From Malacoraja senta (Eukaryota): a stretch of 64,000 bases of DNA. A program made the position numbers and the translations under genes. The stretch lies in contig JAXLNO010005746.1 of the NCBI GenBank assembly GCA_038087875.1, positions 1 to 64,000 on the forward strand, in the 5' to 3' direction. The notes below the pieces were generated by a model, which was not told the origin of the DNA, did no database searches, and was given only the letters and a program-made list of their open reading frames with translations. The stretch's first letter is position 1. Each line of letters starts with the position of its first letter. Positions 19,549-32,600 of this stretch are shown piece by piece.

Positions 19549-20802
19549 AGATTAGTCTTTAGATTCTGGAGTAGTTCCTGAGGATTGGAGGGTAGCTAAT
19601 GTAACCCCACTTTTTAAAAATGGAGGGAGAGAGAAAATGGGGAATTACAGTCCAGTTAGTCTAACATCGGTAGTGGGGAAACTGCTAGAGTCAGTTATTA
19701 AAGATGGGATAGCAGCACATTTGGAAAATGGTGAAATCATTGGACAAAGTCAGCATGGATTTATGAAAGGTAAATCATGTCTGACGAATCTTATAGAATT
19801 TTTCTAGGATGTAACTAGTAGAGTGGATAAGGGAGAACCAGTGGATGTGTTATATCTGGACTTTCAGAAGGCTTTCGACAAGGTCCCACATAAGAGATTA
19901 ATATACAAACTTAAAGCACACGGTATTGGGGGTTCAGTATTGATGTGGATAGAGAACTGGCTGGCAGACAGGAAGCAAAGAGTAGGAGTAAACGGGTCCT
20001 TTTCAGAAGGGCAGACAGTGACTAGTGGGGTACCGCAAAGCTCAGTGCTGGGACCCCAACTATTTACAATATATATTAATTATTTGGACGAGGGAATTGA
20101 ATGCAACATCTCCAAGTTTGCGGATGACACGAAGCTGGCAGGCAGTATTAGCTGTGAGGAGTGTGCTAGGAGGCTGCAAGATGACTTGGATAGGCTGGGT
20201 GAGTGGGCAAATGCATGGCAGATGCAGTATAATGTGGATAAATGTGAGGTTATCCACTTTGTGGCAAAAACAGGAAAGTAGACTATTACCTGAATGGTGG
20301 CCAATTAGGAAAAGGGGAGATGCAACGAAACCTGGGTGTCATGGTACACCAGTCATTGAAAGTAGGCATGCAGGTGCAGCAGGCAGTGAAGAAAGCGAAT
20401 GGTATGTGAGCATTCATAGCAAAAGGACTTGAGTATAGGAGCAGGGAGATTCTACTGCAGTTGTACAGGGTCTTGGTGAGACCACACCTGGAGTATTGCG
20501 TACAGTTTTGGTCTCCTAATCTGAGGAAGGACATTCTTGCCATAGAGGGAGTACAGAGAAGGTTCACAAGACTGATTCCTGGGATGTCAGGACTTTCATA
20601 TGAAGAAAGACTGGATAGACTCGGCTTGTACTCGCTAGAATTTAGAAGATTGAGGGGGAATCTTATAGAAACTTACAACATTGTTAAGGGGTTGGACAGG
20701 CTAGATGCAGGAAGATTGCTCCCGATGTTGGGGAAGTCCAGAACAAGGGGTCACAGTTTAAGGATAAAGGGGAAATCTTTTAGGACTGAGATGAGAAAAA
20801 CA
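19549..20802 (+). mobile_element. CR1 LINE RT region, disrupted; split by L1, 3' end at 27225-27511
   Basis: YLDFQKAFDKVPH...GVPQSSVLGP...FADDTK; continues in register after the L1. Confidence 0.92.
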
Positions 20803-21121
20803 TTTTTTTTTTTTTGAAAATATTTTTTATTGGAGATAAAACACAACATATTATCATCATTACCAGTCTTACATTTTTAAATTGATAATATCGTCAATTA
20901 TTATTACATTGTCTCCAATACCTTTTGCCTTTTTTTAAAAAAAAATTTAAACTAGATAGAACTAAAAAGATAGATGAAGTAAAGAAAGAAAAAAAAAAGA
21001 AAACAGAGAAGAAAAAGATAGTTAAAGAAGAATGGAAACATTTATTAAGATAAAAAACTTCGTTCGAGATATATTCGTACATTTCAGAGTATAACATTTC
21101 ATCCATTCTTTAGCCCGAGTG

Positions 21122-24100
21122 CTAGTCAGGTTCTTGTGCTGAACCATTCTGACCCTTTAAATAATCAATAAAGGGAGACCATGTTCCAACGAATAATTCC
21201 TGTTTGTCCAACAGGGCAAATCTGATTCTTTCCACATTTAAGGTCTCCGTCATTTCTATAATCCACATTTTGATTGTGGGGGTTATAGGGCCTTTCCAAA
21301 ATTTTAGAATTAATTTTTTTCCCGTTATTATACTATAACCAATAAAGTGTCTTTGTGTTGTTGTAAATGTTTGATTTAATTCTAATGTTCCGAGTATTAT
21401 TAGTTTTGGATCCGGGTCCAATTGTGTGCTGGTCACTTTAGATATTATACTGAAAATATTTACCCAGAATTTTTTTATTTTTATACAGTTTGCAAACATA
21501 TGAGATAAGTTAGCTTCTAAATGTTGACATTTATCACATATAGGTGAGATATGTTGAAAGATTTTATGTAATTTTGTTTTTGAATAATGTAACCTATGTA
21601 TTACTTTAAATTGTATTAAAGAATATCTGGCATTTAATGAACATTGATGTATGTGTTGTAAACTTTCTTCCCAAGTATCTTTCGTTATTATTTGATTTAA
21701 TTCTTTTTCCCATGTTTGTCTGTGTAAGTCCGTCGATGGAATGTTACTGTCTAATAAAATATTATATATATATGATATTAATTTTTCTGTATTAGGATGT
21801 TTATTCCAACATTCATCAAGAATTTCTGAATTTCTAATTCGAAAATTTTGAGTATTCGATTTTACATAATCTCTGAGTTGAAGATATCTGAAAAAATCAT
21901 TTCCTCGAAATCCATAAGTCTGTTGCAACTCCTGAAATGTAAGAAAAGTGCCTTCCTTGTAAAGATGTCCCATATTTTTGATTCCATATTTCTTCCATTG
22001 TGTAAAACCCCTGTCCAACCATGAGGGTTTAAACAAAGGGTTATTCACAATTGGAAGAATAAGTGATGTTATCTAATTTTAATGTATTTTTTAATTGTTT
22101 CCAAATTCGTATAGCACTAAATATTATAGGGATTTCCATATACATTTTTTTGTTTAATTTAGACGTAGCAAATAATATCGAGCCGATATCAAAAGGTAAA
22201 CAATCTTCCTTTTCCATTTTTAACCAATCTGGTTGTTGATCTATTTCTTCCAACCAGAAATTCATATTTTTAATATTAACTGCCCAAAAATAAAACAGGA
22301 AATTTGGTAGAACCAAGCCTCCATTTATTTTTGATTTACACAAATGTCTTTTGTTTATCCTATGATTCTTATAATCCCAGATAAAATCATTAACAATGGA
22401 ATCCAATTTAAAAAAAAAGTTTTTTGACAAATATATCGGAATTGTCTGAAAAAGGTATAATATTTGTGGTAAAAAAATCATTTTTATGGCATTAATTTTG
22501 CCAACCATTGAGATAGGAAGTGTTTTCCAATATTGAATATTCTTATGTAATTTGTTCAGTAATGGGGGAAAATTTGCTTTAAATAATGATGTATATATCT
22601 TAGTTACGTAAATGCCTAGGTATTTGAATTTTTCATTTACTATTTTAAATGGAAATTGTTGTATTATCTGTTTGTTGTGTTCCCTTATTGGCATAATTTC
22701 ACTTTTATTCCAATTTATTCTGTATCCTGAGAGTGAACCAAATTGGGTTATTAGCTTTAATAAGTTTGGAATACTAATTTCTGGTTTTGTAATCTAAATT
22801 AGTACATCATCTGCGTATAGAGAAATTTTATTCACTGTATCCTTTGTATTATACCCATGTATTTCCGGATGACCCCTAACTCTTTCTGCGAGTGGCTCAA
22901 TAGCAAGCGCAAATAATAATGGAGATAACGGGCATCCTTGTCTACAACCTCTAGATAGGCTGAATTTAGATGACAACCTTTGGTTTGTTAATATTCTAGC
23001 CGTAGGGTTTGTATATAACAGTCTTATCCATGTGCAGAATTTCTCCCCTAGCTGCATATTTTCCATCACCGAAAATAAATAGGACCATTCAACCTGATCA
23101 AAAGCTTTTTCAGCGTCAAGTGAGATTATTGCTAGATCTTCATTAATAATTCTCTTAGAATATATAATATTAAATAATCTTCTTAGATTATAATATGAGT
23201 ACCGTTTCTGAATAAAGCCTGTTTGGTCAGGGTGTATTAATTTATTCATCACTGTACTTAATCTATGCGCTAGTATTTTAGTTAATATTTTCTGATCTGT
23301 ATTTAAAAGTGCAATTGCTCTATATGATCCCGGATCTTCCGGATCTTTATCAACTTTAGGAATAAGTGTTATTATAGATTCATTTAAAGTATCTGGAAGT
23401 TTCTGTTGTGTATAGATATGCTCATACAGCCTTTGTAAACGTGGGGAGAGCAAGTCATAAATTTTTTTATAGAATTCAGAGCCTAAACCATCTGGTCCTA
23501 CTGCTTTACCATTTTTTAAAGAGCCAATAGACTCTTCAATATCCTTTATCGTAATCTCCCTTTCTAATAATTCTCTATCGTTTGAGTCTAAACCTTTTAA
23601 ATTACATTTTAGTAAAAAATCTGCTATTCCTTCTGGTTGTACTACAGTTTTAGTTGAATAAAGATTATGATAGTATTGGAGAAATCTCTCGTTTATATCC
23701 TTGGGCATTTTTAATTATTCTCCTGTATCTGTTCTAATTTTATGAATTATTTTTTCCCCCTCCATTTTTCATAACTGACGTGCTAATAGTTTTTGTGGTT
23801 TGTCTCCAAACTCGAAATGTAATTGTTTGGTTTTTTGATAAAGTTTTATTACTTGTTCTGAATACATTTTGTTTAATTTATATTTCAATACAGCAATTTT
23901 ATTATGTTTTAAAATAGATGGCATTCTCGCATTTTCTATATCTAGTTGCTTGATTTCCCTTTCCAATGTTTGTTGTTTAATCCTCTTTATTATAAAATAC
24001 TTGGGCAGAAATTAATGCACCTCGAACAAACGCTTTAAACGTTTCCCACATAAGAGAAGTGGGTGTGTCAGGGTTGTCATTTACCTCAAAAAATATTTGA

Positions 24101-24926
24101 ATCTGTTTAATAAGATATTCCTGGCATGAACTTTCGTTCAAAATTTGTGGGTTAAATCTCCAATATGTTTGTTTCTCGGACATTCCATTTAATTTAATCA
24201 TGAATGTTACAGGTGCGTGATCTGAGATTATAATATTATGGTATTTTGAGTTGTAAGTAAATGGGATAAACGTGGAGTCAGCTAAAAAATAATCTATTCT
24301 TGAGTATGTTTTATGTACTGGTGAGTAAAATGAATATTCCCGTCCAGTTGGATTTTCAATTCTCCAGACATCCTTAATATTAGTGGTATTAATAAATGAA
24401 TTTCAAAATACACTTGATTGAGATTTTACTTTTTTTTGCCTTGATGATCTATCTAAGTATGAATCTAATGTGCAATTGAAGTCTCCTCCAATTATTAATT
24501 TATATTGTGTAAATTCAGGAATTATATTAAATGTTTTATTAAAAAACATAGGATTGTCAAAATTAGGCCCATATACATTAAGAAGAATCACTTTTTCTCC
24601 ATTTAACTCTCCAACTAATATAATATATCTACCATCAATATCCGCTATTGTTGATGAATGCGTATAAGGTATTCCTTTACGAATTAATATTGTCCTCTGG
24701 ACTTATGGGAAAAAGAGGAATGATATGATTCAGCGATCCACTTAGCTTTAAGTCTATGTTGAGATTCCTTTTTAAGGTGTGTTTCTTGAAGGAATATTAT
24801 ATCTGTTTTGATTGAATTTAGATGTGCCAAAACTTTACCTCTCTTAATTGGTTCATTGATTCCCTTAACATTCCAACTACAAAATGTTATTCCCTCACCC
24901 CCTCTTGTCATATTAACATCTTGCAT
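21122..24926 (-). pseudogene. L1 ORF2 (APE endonuclease, RT, Cys-rich C-terminus) in several broken frames
   Basis: SWNVKGIN...LQETHL; NVYGPN...GGDFN; YRAIALLNTD...DQTGF...DAEKAFD...RQGCPLSP...YADD; CDKC...HMFANC. Confidence 0.92.
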
Positions 24927-25322
24927 ATTGTTTCTAAGGTGGTCTATAACCGAGCAGAAGGTGCAACACATAAAACCTGACCCTGCTCCCGAACCTCAAA
25001 TAGATGAATTTTAAATAATATACATCGCTCTTCCGAACACATCTCCTTGAATTAGTCTTGTTGTTCCATTCAAACATTGTTATAAAAATATTTAAAGTGA
25101 AAAAAGTGATAGAATTGGTTAGTATAGGGTGAAAGAAAAAAAACTACATCTACAATTAGTGTAGTTAGTGATAGCCACACTAACGTGGCTAGAATTCTAA
25201 AGACTTCCGTAGCCTTTGTAAAAAAAAAATCCCAGCTCCGTGCCCGAGAAAAAAAAAATGAATATTTCTGACAATCAATTAACTTCTTTGGGAGTAGCAA
25301 ACATATATATATACACATACAT

Positions 25323-25377
<55 letters not shown>

Positions 25378-26062
25378 CCCATATGCATACATATATATGC
25401 ACATATCCCTGCAGAAAAGTCCAAAAACAGCATAAATTCACAACGTTATTATTCTCTACATACCGTATTAATATCTTCGCTAAATCTATAAATTTAATTT
25501 TAAATTGAAAAATAAAGAGAAAAACCGTCAAACCTTATTATGACGTAGGCTGAATTACCTCTTGCACATATTCCTACAGAATATAAGTATGTAACTCATT
25601 TCTACGTTAACCAGAGACTTTTAGTTATTGATCATTGTTATCAATCATACCTAGTATTAAATTTTTATGAGTAATATAGATGTTAATAATTTTAGTAATA
25701 ATATAGATATTTAATAAGTATTAGTAGTTACATATATAGTTAGATATGAATATACTAAATAGTAATAGTGATTAATAACAATTGGTCGTAACTATGATAT
25801 TATTGTTCTTAGAGTTGATACTAAAAATAAAAAAAGATTAAAAAATAAAAAACCACGGTTTTCTCCAATGTCCACCGTCCATTTCAGTTTTCGAATGTCC
25901 TTAAAGCTCTTAAAAGAACTTTAAAGGTCCTTTTAAATCTGGCGAAGTCCCATTAATCCTTGACTCCTGAGGAGTAATGCAAATTCTTCAGTCTGTGGTC
26001 ACGTTCTCGATTTCTTTGGCAAATTCCAGTGCTTTTTCGTGGTCTGTAAAAAATTGCTCCTT

Positions 26063-27052
26063 CTACTTGTAGGTGACTCTTAGTCTTGCGGGGTAAAGCA
26101 AGCCGTATCTCAATGCAGGTACCTTCTTCAGTATTCTTTTTGTCTCAGTGAACAGCGCTCTTTTCTTGAAGACCTCTGCCGGATAATCTTGGTAAATACT
26201 GAACCTCGCACCTTCAAAATAGAGCTGTCCGCTTCGGACAATTTTCTTCATTATCTCGTCAAATTCATGATCAAGTTGCACCTTTACTATAATTTGTCTT
26301 GGATGGGCATCATCTTGTGTACGACGCCCCTGCGCTCTATGTGCTCGACCGAGTGAAGGTTTCTGATCCAATTTTAAGGCTTTTTGTAGTAGGTCTGCCA
26401 CAAAATCCCGAGGGCCCATTTCCCTCTCACTTCCTTCTTTCATCCCTACAATTCTTAAATTCTTGCGTCTTTGACGCCCCTCCAGATCGGTACACTTATC
26501 ACTTAATTTGATCACCATACCGGAGAGGCGTTGGTTTTCAATAAGGAGTCGATTTACAGTTTCCTCACTTGTCGCCGCCCATTTCTCAAGTTCGGTTATC
26601 GCTGTTCTATGTTGATCAAGTGCTTGATGAATGGGGATCACCTCCCTATTAATGCTCGATTCCACCGAAACGAGCCTGGCTTCCAGCACTTCCATCTGTT
26701 CCTTGGCCTCATCGTCCCTCGACCACTTCCAGACTTCCAGTATTTCTTGAACGGTAGAATCCATTTCTGCTTTAAAATCTTCCTTGAAAGAGTTAAGTTC
26801 CTCTTTAAAATTCAATTTCAAATTTCCTTCGAAGGTTTTCAACTGTAGTTGAATCTGTTTAATTTCAACAGCAAGAAAAGTTTTAGATCTTCAATTTCAG
26901 ACTTTTTCTGCTTTGATTTCTTCGTTGGGTCTTCCTGGGCCGTCATTGTAACTGAGGCCGAGGCCTCAGTTAGGCCTACCTCTTCCATCGGTGGTTTCCC
27001 ATTAACGGTTTTTTTTGGCCCACGGGGGGGGGGGGGTATGTTGCATCGACAT
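26063..27052 (-). pseudogene. L1 ORF1 (coiled coil, RRM, CTD), frameshifted near 26845
   Basis: DLEGRQRRKNLRIVGMKEG...RAHR...SIYQDYPAEV...RYGLLYPARLRVT. Confidence 0.88.
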
Positions 27053-27224
27053 ACCATCAAAGTCGCGCGCCTGATGACGTCACGCGGCAGGCAGCCGTTC
27101 AGATCGCGATCGCTGCAGGTAAGACCCGATTTTCTCCCGTTTTCAGATTCTTCGGCACGGAGCTAGTTGGCACTGGACTCAAGCCTCCATAGCGCCACCG
27201 GAAGTCAGTAAAAAAAAAAAAAAA

Positions 27225-27511
27225 GGGGGTAATCCTTTAGGACCGAGATGAGAAAAACATTTTTTACACAGAGAGTGGTGAATCTCTGGAATTCTCTGCC
27301 ACAGAATGTAGTTGAGGCCAGTTCATTGGCTATATTTAAGAGGGAGTTAGATGTGGCCCTTGTGGCTAAAGGGATCAGGGGGTATGGAGAGGAAGCAGGT
27401 ACAGGATACTGAGTTGGATGATCAGCCATGATCATATTGAATGGCGGTGCAGGCTCGAAGGGACGAATGGCCTACTCCTGCACCTATTTTCTATGTTTTT
27501 ATGTTTCTATG
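27225..27511 (+). mobile_element. CR1 3' end resuming after the L1 (copies 33972-34258, 59594-59880)
   Basis: aatcctttaggaccgagatgagaaaaac...ctatgtttttatgtttctatg. Confidence 0.88.
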
Positions 27512-27514
27512 CTT

Positions 27515-27910
27515 GGTTTAGAGATACCGTATGGAAACAGGCCCATTGGCCCACCGAGTCCACGCCGACCATTGATCACCTGTACACACAATGTTTAAGA
27601 AGGAACTGCAGATGCTGGAACATGAAGGTAGACAAAAACGCTGAGTTTCTCCAGCATTTTTGTCTACCTGTACACACTAGTTCTGTTATCCCACTTTTCT
27701 CATCCATTCCCTACACATTTGCGACAATCTTGCAGAGGTATTTAACCTACAAACTCGCATGGATTAGGGATGTGGGAGGAAACCAGAGCACCTGGAGGAA
27801 ACCCACGAGGTCACAGGGAGAACGTTCAAACTCCACACAGACAGCACCCGTAGTCAGGATCAAACCCGGGTCTCTGGCGCTGTGAGGCAGCAGCTAACCG
27901 CTGCACCTCC
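27515..27910 (-). mobile_element. V-SINE with Penelope-type insert flanked by direct repeat acctgtacacac (copies ~34262, ~59884)
   Basis: SINE core plus tgtttaagaaggaactgcagatgctgg...ggtagacaaaaa/tttttgtctacc insert. Confidence 0.75.
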
Positions 27911-28319
27911 GTGCTGCACTGAAGAGAGAAAGCAGGCTTGCGAGAGCAGACAGCAGAGCAGCAGGCCAGAGTGACAGCATCTGGAGTGGGAGTTGAACCC
28001 ACAACACTCTGACTCCGGGTTTTTTTAAATTTCAAAATATACTTTATTAGAAAAATAAAATATATACAATTCATGATCCTTACAAAACTCCATCCGACAT
28101 TCTCGGAGGCTAGACATACATTCAATACTGTTTACACAAATTACACAAATTTACCCCATACCCTTGCCACTCATGTGGCCCACTGGCGTGGGATACCTTC
28201 CCTTATTTTGAAGGGCATCTCCACCACACCCTGCCACAAACTGACCTTTTGCTGGATGTCTACGCTGGCCCATGGTGTGGCTCAAGTAGCCTGGGAAAGT
28301 CACCCAAGACACCCTTGAG

Positions 28320-28640
28320 AGAGAGGGTGATGAATTTGTGCCCTAGCCTCAGAATAAAAGGGCATAGTTTGAGAAAGGAGATGAGAACGAATTTCTTTAG
28401 TCAGAGGGTGGTGAATCTGTGGAAATCATTGCGACAGAAGGATGTGGAGGCCAAGTCAAAGGACATTTTTAAGGCGGAGATTGATAGATTCTTGATTAGT
28501 ACGAGTGTCGGGGGTTATGGGGAGAAGGCAGGAGAATGGGGTCGAGAGGGAAAGATAGATCAGCCATGATTGATTGAATGGCGGAGTGGATTTGATGGGC
28601 CGAATGTCCTAATTCTGCTCTTATAACTTATGAACATGAT
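28320..28640 (+). mobile_element. CR1 3' fragment (copies ~35067, ~60689)
   Basis: ORF 28249..28569 C-terminus LRIKGHSLRKEMRTNFFSQRVVNLW. Confidence 0.8.
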
Positions 28641-29369
28641 CTGGATTGATCTGATCATCTATCTCCACACAGAGGCTCCTTGATCGTCAGTGGGGAGGGT
28701 GTGCTGCCTGTCCTATACCACTGTAGGACATAGTGGCAGGGTGAGGGGTGACCTCTGGAACTCAGCTCCAAACATTTTATTTATCGGAGTCGCTGCCTCA
28801 AAAAGGCACCAATGTTTGCAGACACTTCTGTACATCCTGACATTCACCCAAAAGACAGCAGTACGTAGACTAGAACTCAAAGCTGGCTCTCCAGAATGTG
28901 AACTTTTAACTTTATTACCAATAGAATTGCCGTGTAAAATGCTGCACTTTGAATAATGGTTAAAGTAATCCAATGTAAATGAAGATGGCTGAATTTTGTC
29001 ATAAGTTCTTAGGTGAAAGGAGTAGAATTAGGCCATTCGGCCCATCAAGTCTATTGCGCCATTCAATCATGGCTGATCCATCTCTCCCTCCTAACCCCAT
29101 TCTCCTGCCTTCTCCCCATAACCCGTGACACCTGAACTAATTAAGAATCTCTCTATCTCTGCCTTAAAAATATCCACTGACAGCCTCTGTGGCAAAGAAT
29201 TCCACAGATTCATCACCCTCTGACTAAAGGTTTATTGAGCAATTCTTTGCAATAATTTCATTTTGCATTGCAACTTGCATTTCAACAGTGCATTAAAGGT
29301 GCTGGAAAAGTCTCGAGGTTCTTCACAGCACCATTGTCAGGTGGAATTTGGCATTGAATCACATGCTGG

Positions 29370-29650
29370 TTCGAGATACAGCATGGAAACAGACCCTTCG
29401 GCCCACCGAGTCCACGCTGACCATCGATCACCTGTTCACACTAGTCCCACGTTACACCGCTTTTGCATGCACTCCCTACACATTGAGTGCAATTCGACAA
29501 GAGGGCCAATTAACCTACAGAGCCACACGTTTTGGGGATGTGGGAGGATGCCGGAGCACCCAGAGGAGACCCACGCGGTCACAGGGAGAACGTGCAAACT
29601 CCACACTGATAGCGCCGGAGGTCAGAATTGAACCTAGGTCTCTGGTGGTG
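29370..29650 (-). mobile_element. V-SINE at the start of the repeated spacer block (copies ~36117, ~61739, inverted at 5580)
   Basis: gagatacagcatggaaacagacccttcggcc...gcaaactccacactgatagcgccggagg. Confidence 0.75.
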
Positions 29651-32600
29651 GTTGCAGTTCCACCTTCAGCAAACCCAACACCACAAATATCACCCAGAAC
29701 AAGCCTCTCCATCACCAGTGTAGCAGTGTGACAACACAATGTGAGCAACTCACAACAAAATAGGTTGAGAAACAGGAAGACACAAGGAAGTACAGATGCA
29801 GTGATATCTGATAGTCCGCTCGAGTAGATTGCAACCCAATGGTGGGAACATTGAATTTTCTAGTGTTAAGTAATTAACCCACAACAATCTTTTCCCCTAA
29901 TCTCCGTCCCTTTCCACATCTATATATATATATATATATATATCCTTTCTTCCAGCTTCATATTTCATGCCTCTTCTCTCAATATCTCATATCACCATAT
30001 CTCACAGCCTTTTATCTTCTTTCCATCTCTGGCCTTCGTCCACCCATCAGCCAATAACCCTCTCTCCCTCACCTGTATCCACCTATCACTTGCCAGGCTT
30101 CAGCCTTCCCCCACCTCTCTCCCAGCTTTCTCCCCCCTACTACAATCAGCCTGAAGAAGGGTCCCAACCCAAAACCTTACCTATCCATGTTCTCTGGAGA
30201 TGCTGCCTGGCCCATTGAGTTACTCCAGCATTATATGTCTGTTTTTGAGAAATAGGAAGTTGTGAGGTTGATAAGAAGATTTGAACAACAGTGTAAATAT
30301 TTTGAAACCAAATCATTGGTTCCACGGGTTAGGGTTGTTATGACAGTATGCAGGGTGGGTTATCAGATCTGTGAGGTGTGGAGAACCATGGTCAAGTCCA
30401 AATCCACCCGCATGTCACAGTGCCAGGGTGAAGGGTGAGTGGGGCAGAGCAGGGTGGGACACTGGCACCAGAGTTAAACTCATAGTCATATAGTGCAGAA
30501 ACAGGCCCTTCTTCCCAACTTGACCATGCTGACCAAACTGCCCACCTACACTTGTAGTAGTGTAGTTACTATATGTAGTGTACTCCAGCAGTATGAACAT
30601 TGACTTCTCCAATTTCAGGTGGTCCTTGCTTTCTCCCTCCTTCCCCTTCCCTTCCCAGCTCTCCCACAGCCTACTGTCACCTTCTCTTCCGTTCTTCTTC
30701 CTGCCTCCCGCCCCCACCTCCACATCAGTCTGAAGAAGGATCTCGACCCGAAACATCACCTATTCCTTCGCTCCATAGATGCTGCCTCACCCGCTGAGTT
30801 TCTCCAGCATTTTTTACTACCTTCGTTTTTTCCAGCATCTGCAGTTCTTTCTTAAACCTAAACTAGTTTAGTTTAGTTTAGAGATACAGCGTGGAAACTG
30901 GCCCTTCGCCTACCGAGTCCGCACCGAACAGTGATCCCACGCATTAACATCCTACATGCACTGGGGACTATTTATACTTATACCAAGCCAACTAACCTAC
31001 TAACCAATACGTTTTTGGAGTGTGGGAGGAAACTGAAGATCTCGGAGAAAACCCAGGCGGTCACGGGGAGAACGTACAAACTCCCTAAACAAGAGTGAGG
31101 GTTAACTTCTGGATTCACCCTCAGACACAGACACATTACCTTGGTTTTACAGTAGAAATCCCTTCAAATGCTTTCATGAAGTTCTTTTCCAAAATAATTG
31201 CTATATACACAGTCATAGTGTGACTCAGTGTGGAAACAGGCCCTTCTGCCCAACTTGCCGACACCAGCCAACATGTCCCAGGCCAGCTACACTAGTTCCA
31301 CCTGCTCGCATTTGCCCCATATCCCTCCAAACCTGTCCTATCCAAGTACCCTATCTAACTGTATCTAAAACGTTAGGATAGTCCCTGCCTCACTACCTCC
31401 TCTGGCAGTTTGTTCCATATACCCACCACCCTTTCTGTGAAAAAGTTACCCCTCAGATTCCTATTGAATCTTTTCCCCTTCACATTACACCTATGTCCTC
31501 TGGTCCCCGATTCACCTGCACTGGGAAAGTGACACTGTGCATCTACCCAATCTATTCCTCTTGTAATTTTATACATCTCTATAAGATCACCGCTCATCCT
31601 CCTGCGCTCCAAGGAATGGAATCCCAGCCTACTCAACCTCACTATAGCTCAGACCATGTAATCCTGGCAACATCCTCATAAATCTTCTCTGTATCCTTTC
31701 CAGCTAGACAACATCTTTCCTATAACACGATGCTTTTGAAAGACCCATCTGGTTATTATATCAATTGATCACTAATTACTGTTCTCACCTCTAATGACAA
31801 GAGCAGCTTAGGTTAACCAATAAAATATGTTTGTTAATAAACATCTTTTTAAACAAAACCAGTTCTGCTGTTTGGCATAATTCTTTCCTAAAAGCAAGTG
31901 ATTATACAATCCTTATACAATACTTGGGGTGCTGTATCAGGTAATATGGTTAATGTAGCTATTTATTGCAGATAAATTGCAGGGGTGTGGAGGCAAGGTC
32001 AATGGATATTTTAAAGTTAGTTTTGATGTAGGAACAGGCCAGGGTAACATGTAGGCTATGAGAAAGATTAGTCTTTAGATTCTGGAGTAGTTCCTGAGGA
32101 TTGGAGGGTAGCTAATGTAACCCCACTTTTTAAAAATGGAGGGAGAGAGAAAACGGGGAATTACAGACCAGTTAGTCTAACATCGGTAGTGGGGAAACTG
32201 CTAGAGTCAGTTATTAAAGATGGGATAGCAGCACATTTGGAAAATGGTGAAATCATTGAACAAAGTCAGCATCGATTTATGAAAGGTAAATCATGTCTGA
32301 CGAATCTTATAGAAGTTTCTAGGATGTAACTAGTAGAGTGGATAAGGGAGAACCAGTGGATGTGTTATATCTGGACTTTCAGAAGGCTTTCGACAAGGTC
32401 CCACATAAGAGATTAATATACAAACTTAAAGCACACGGTATTGGGGGTTCAGTATTGATGTGGATAGAGAACTGGCTGGCAGACAGGAAGCAAAGAGTAG
32501 GAGTAAACGGGTCCTTTTCAGAATGGCAGGCAGTGACTAGTGGGGTACCGCAAAGCTCAGTGCTGGGACCCCAGCTATTTTCAATATATATTAATGATCT

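Larger units (their letters stand above)
20803..27206 (-). mobile_element. Full-length-size L1-clade LINE (~6.4 kb), frameshifted
   Basis: 5' GACTTCCGG start, ORF1, ~1-kb AT-rich spacer, EN-RT ORF2, poly(A) seen as T13 at 20803-20815. Confidence 0.92.
10451..31629 (+). repeat. Segmental duplication copy A (near-identical to 42819-64000, offset 32,368-32,371)
   Basis: Identical ORF set at constant offset; only scattered SNPs (e.g. c12724/g45092, c16296/t48664) and microsatellite or homopolymer length changes seen. Confidence 0.95.

Noticed and set aside
25070-25531. 153-aa ORF with YIYIYI/VCVC runs (and copies near 57.4-57.9 kb)
   Set aside because: Translation of (TA)n/(CA)n microsatellites in the L1 inter-ORF spacer.
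27985-28015. tRNA-like T-arm (gtgggttcaactcccac on the minus strand)
   Set aside because: Only a T-loop/B-box is present with no full cloverleaf; this is a tRNA-derived SINE head, not a tRNA gene.
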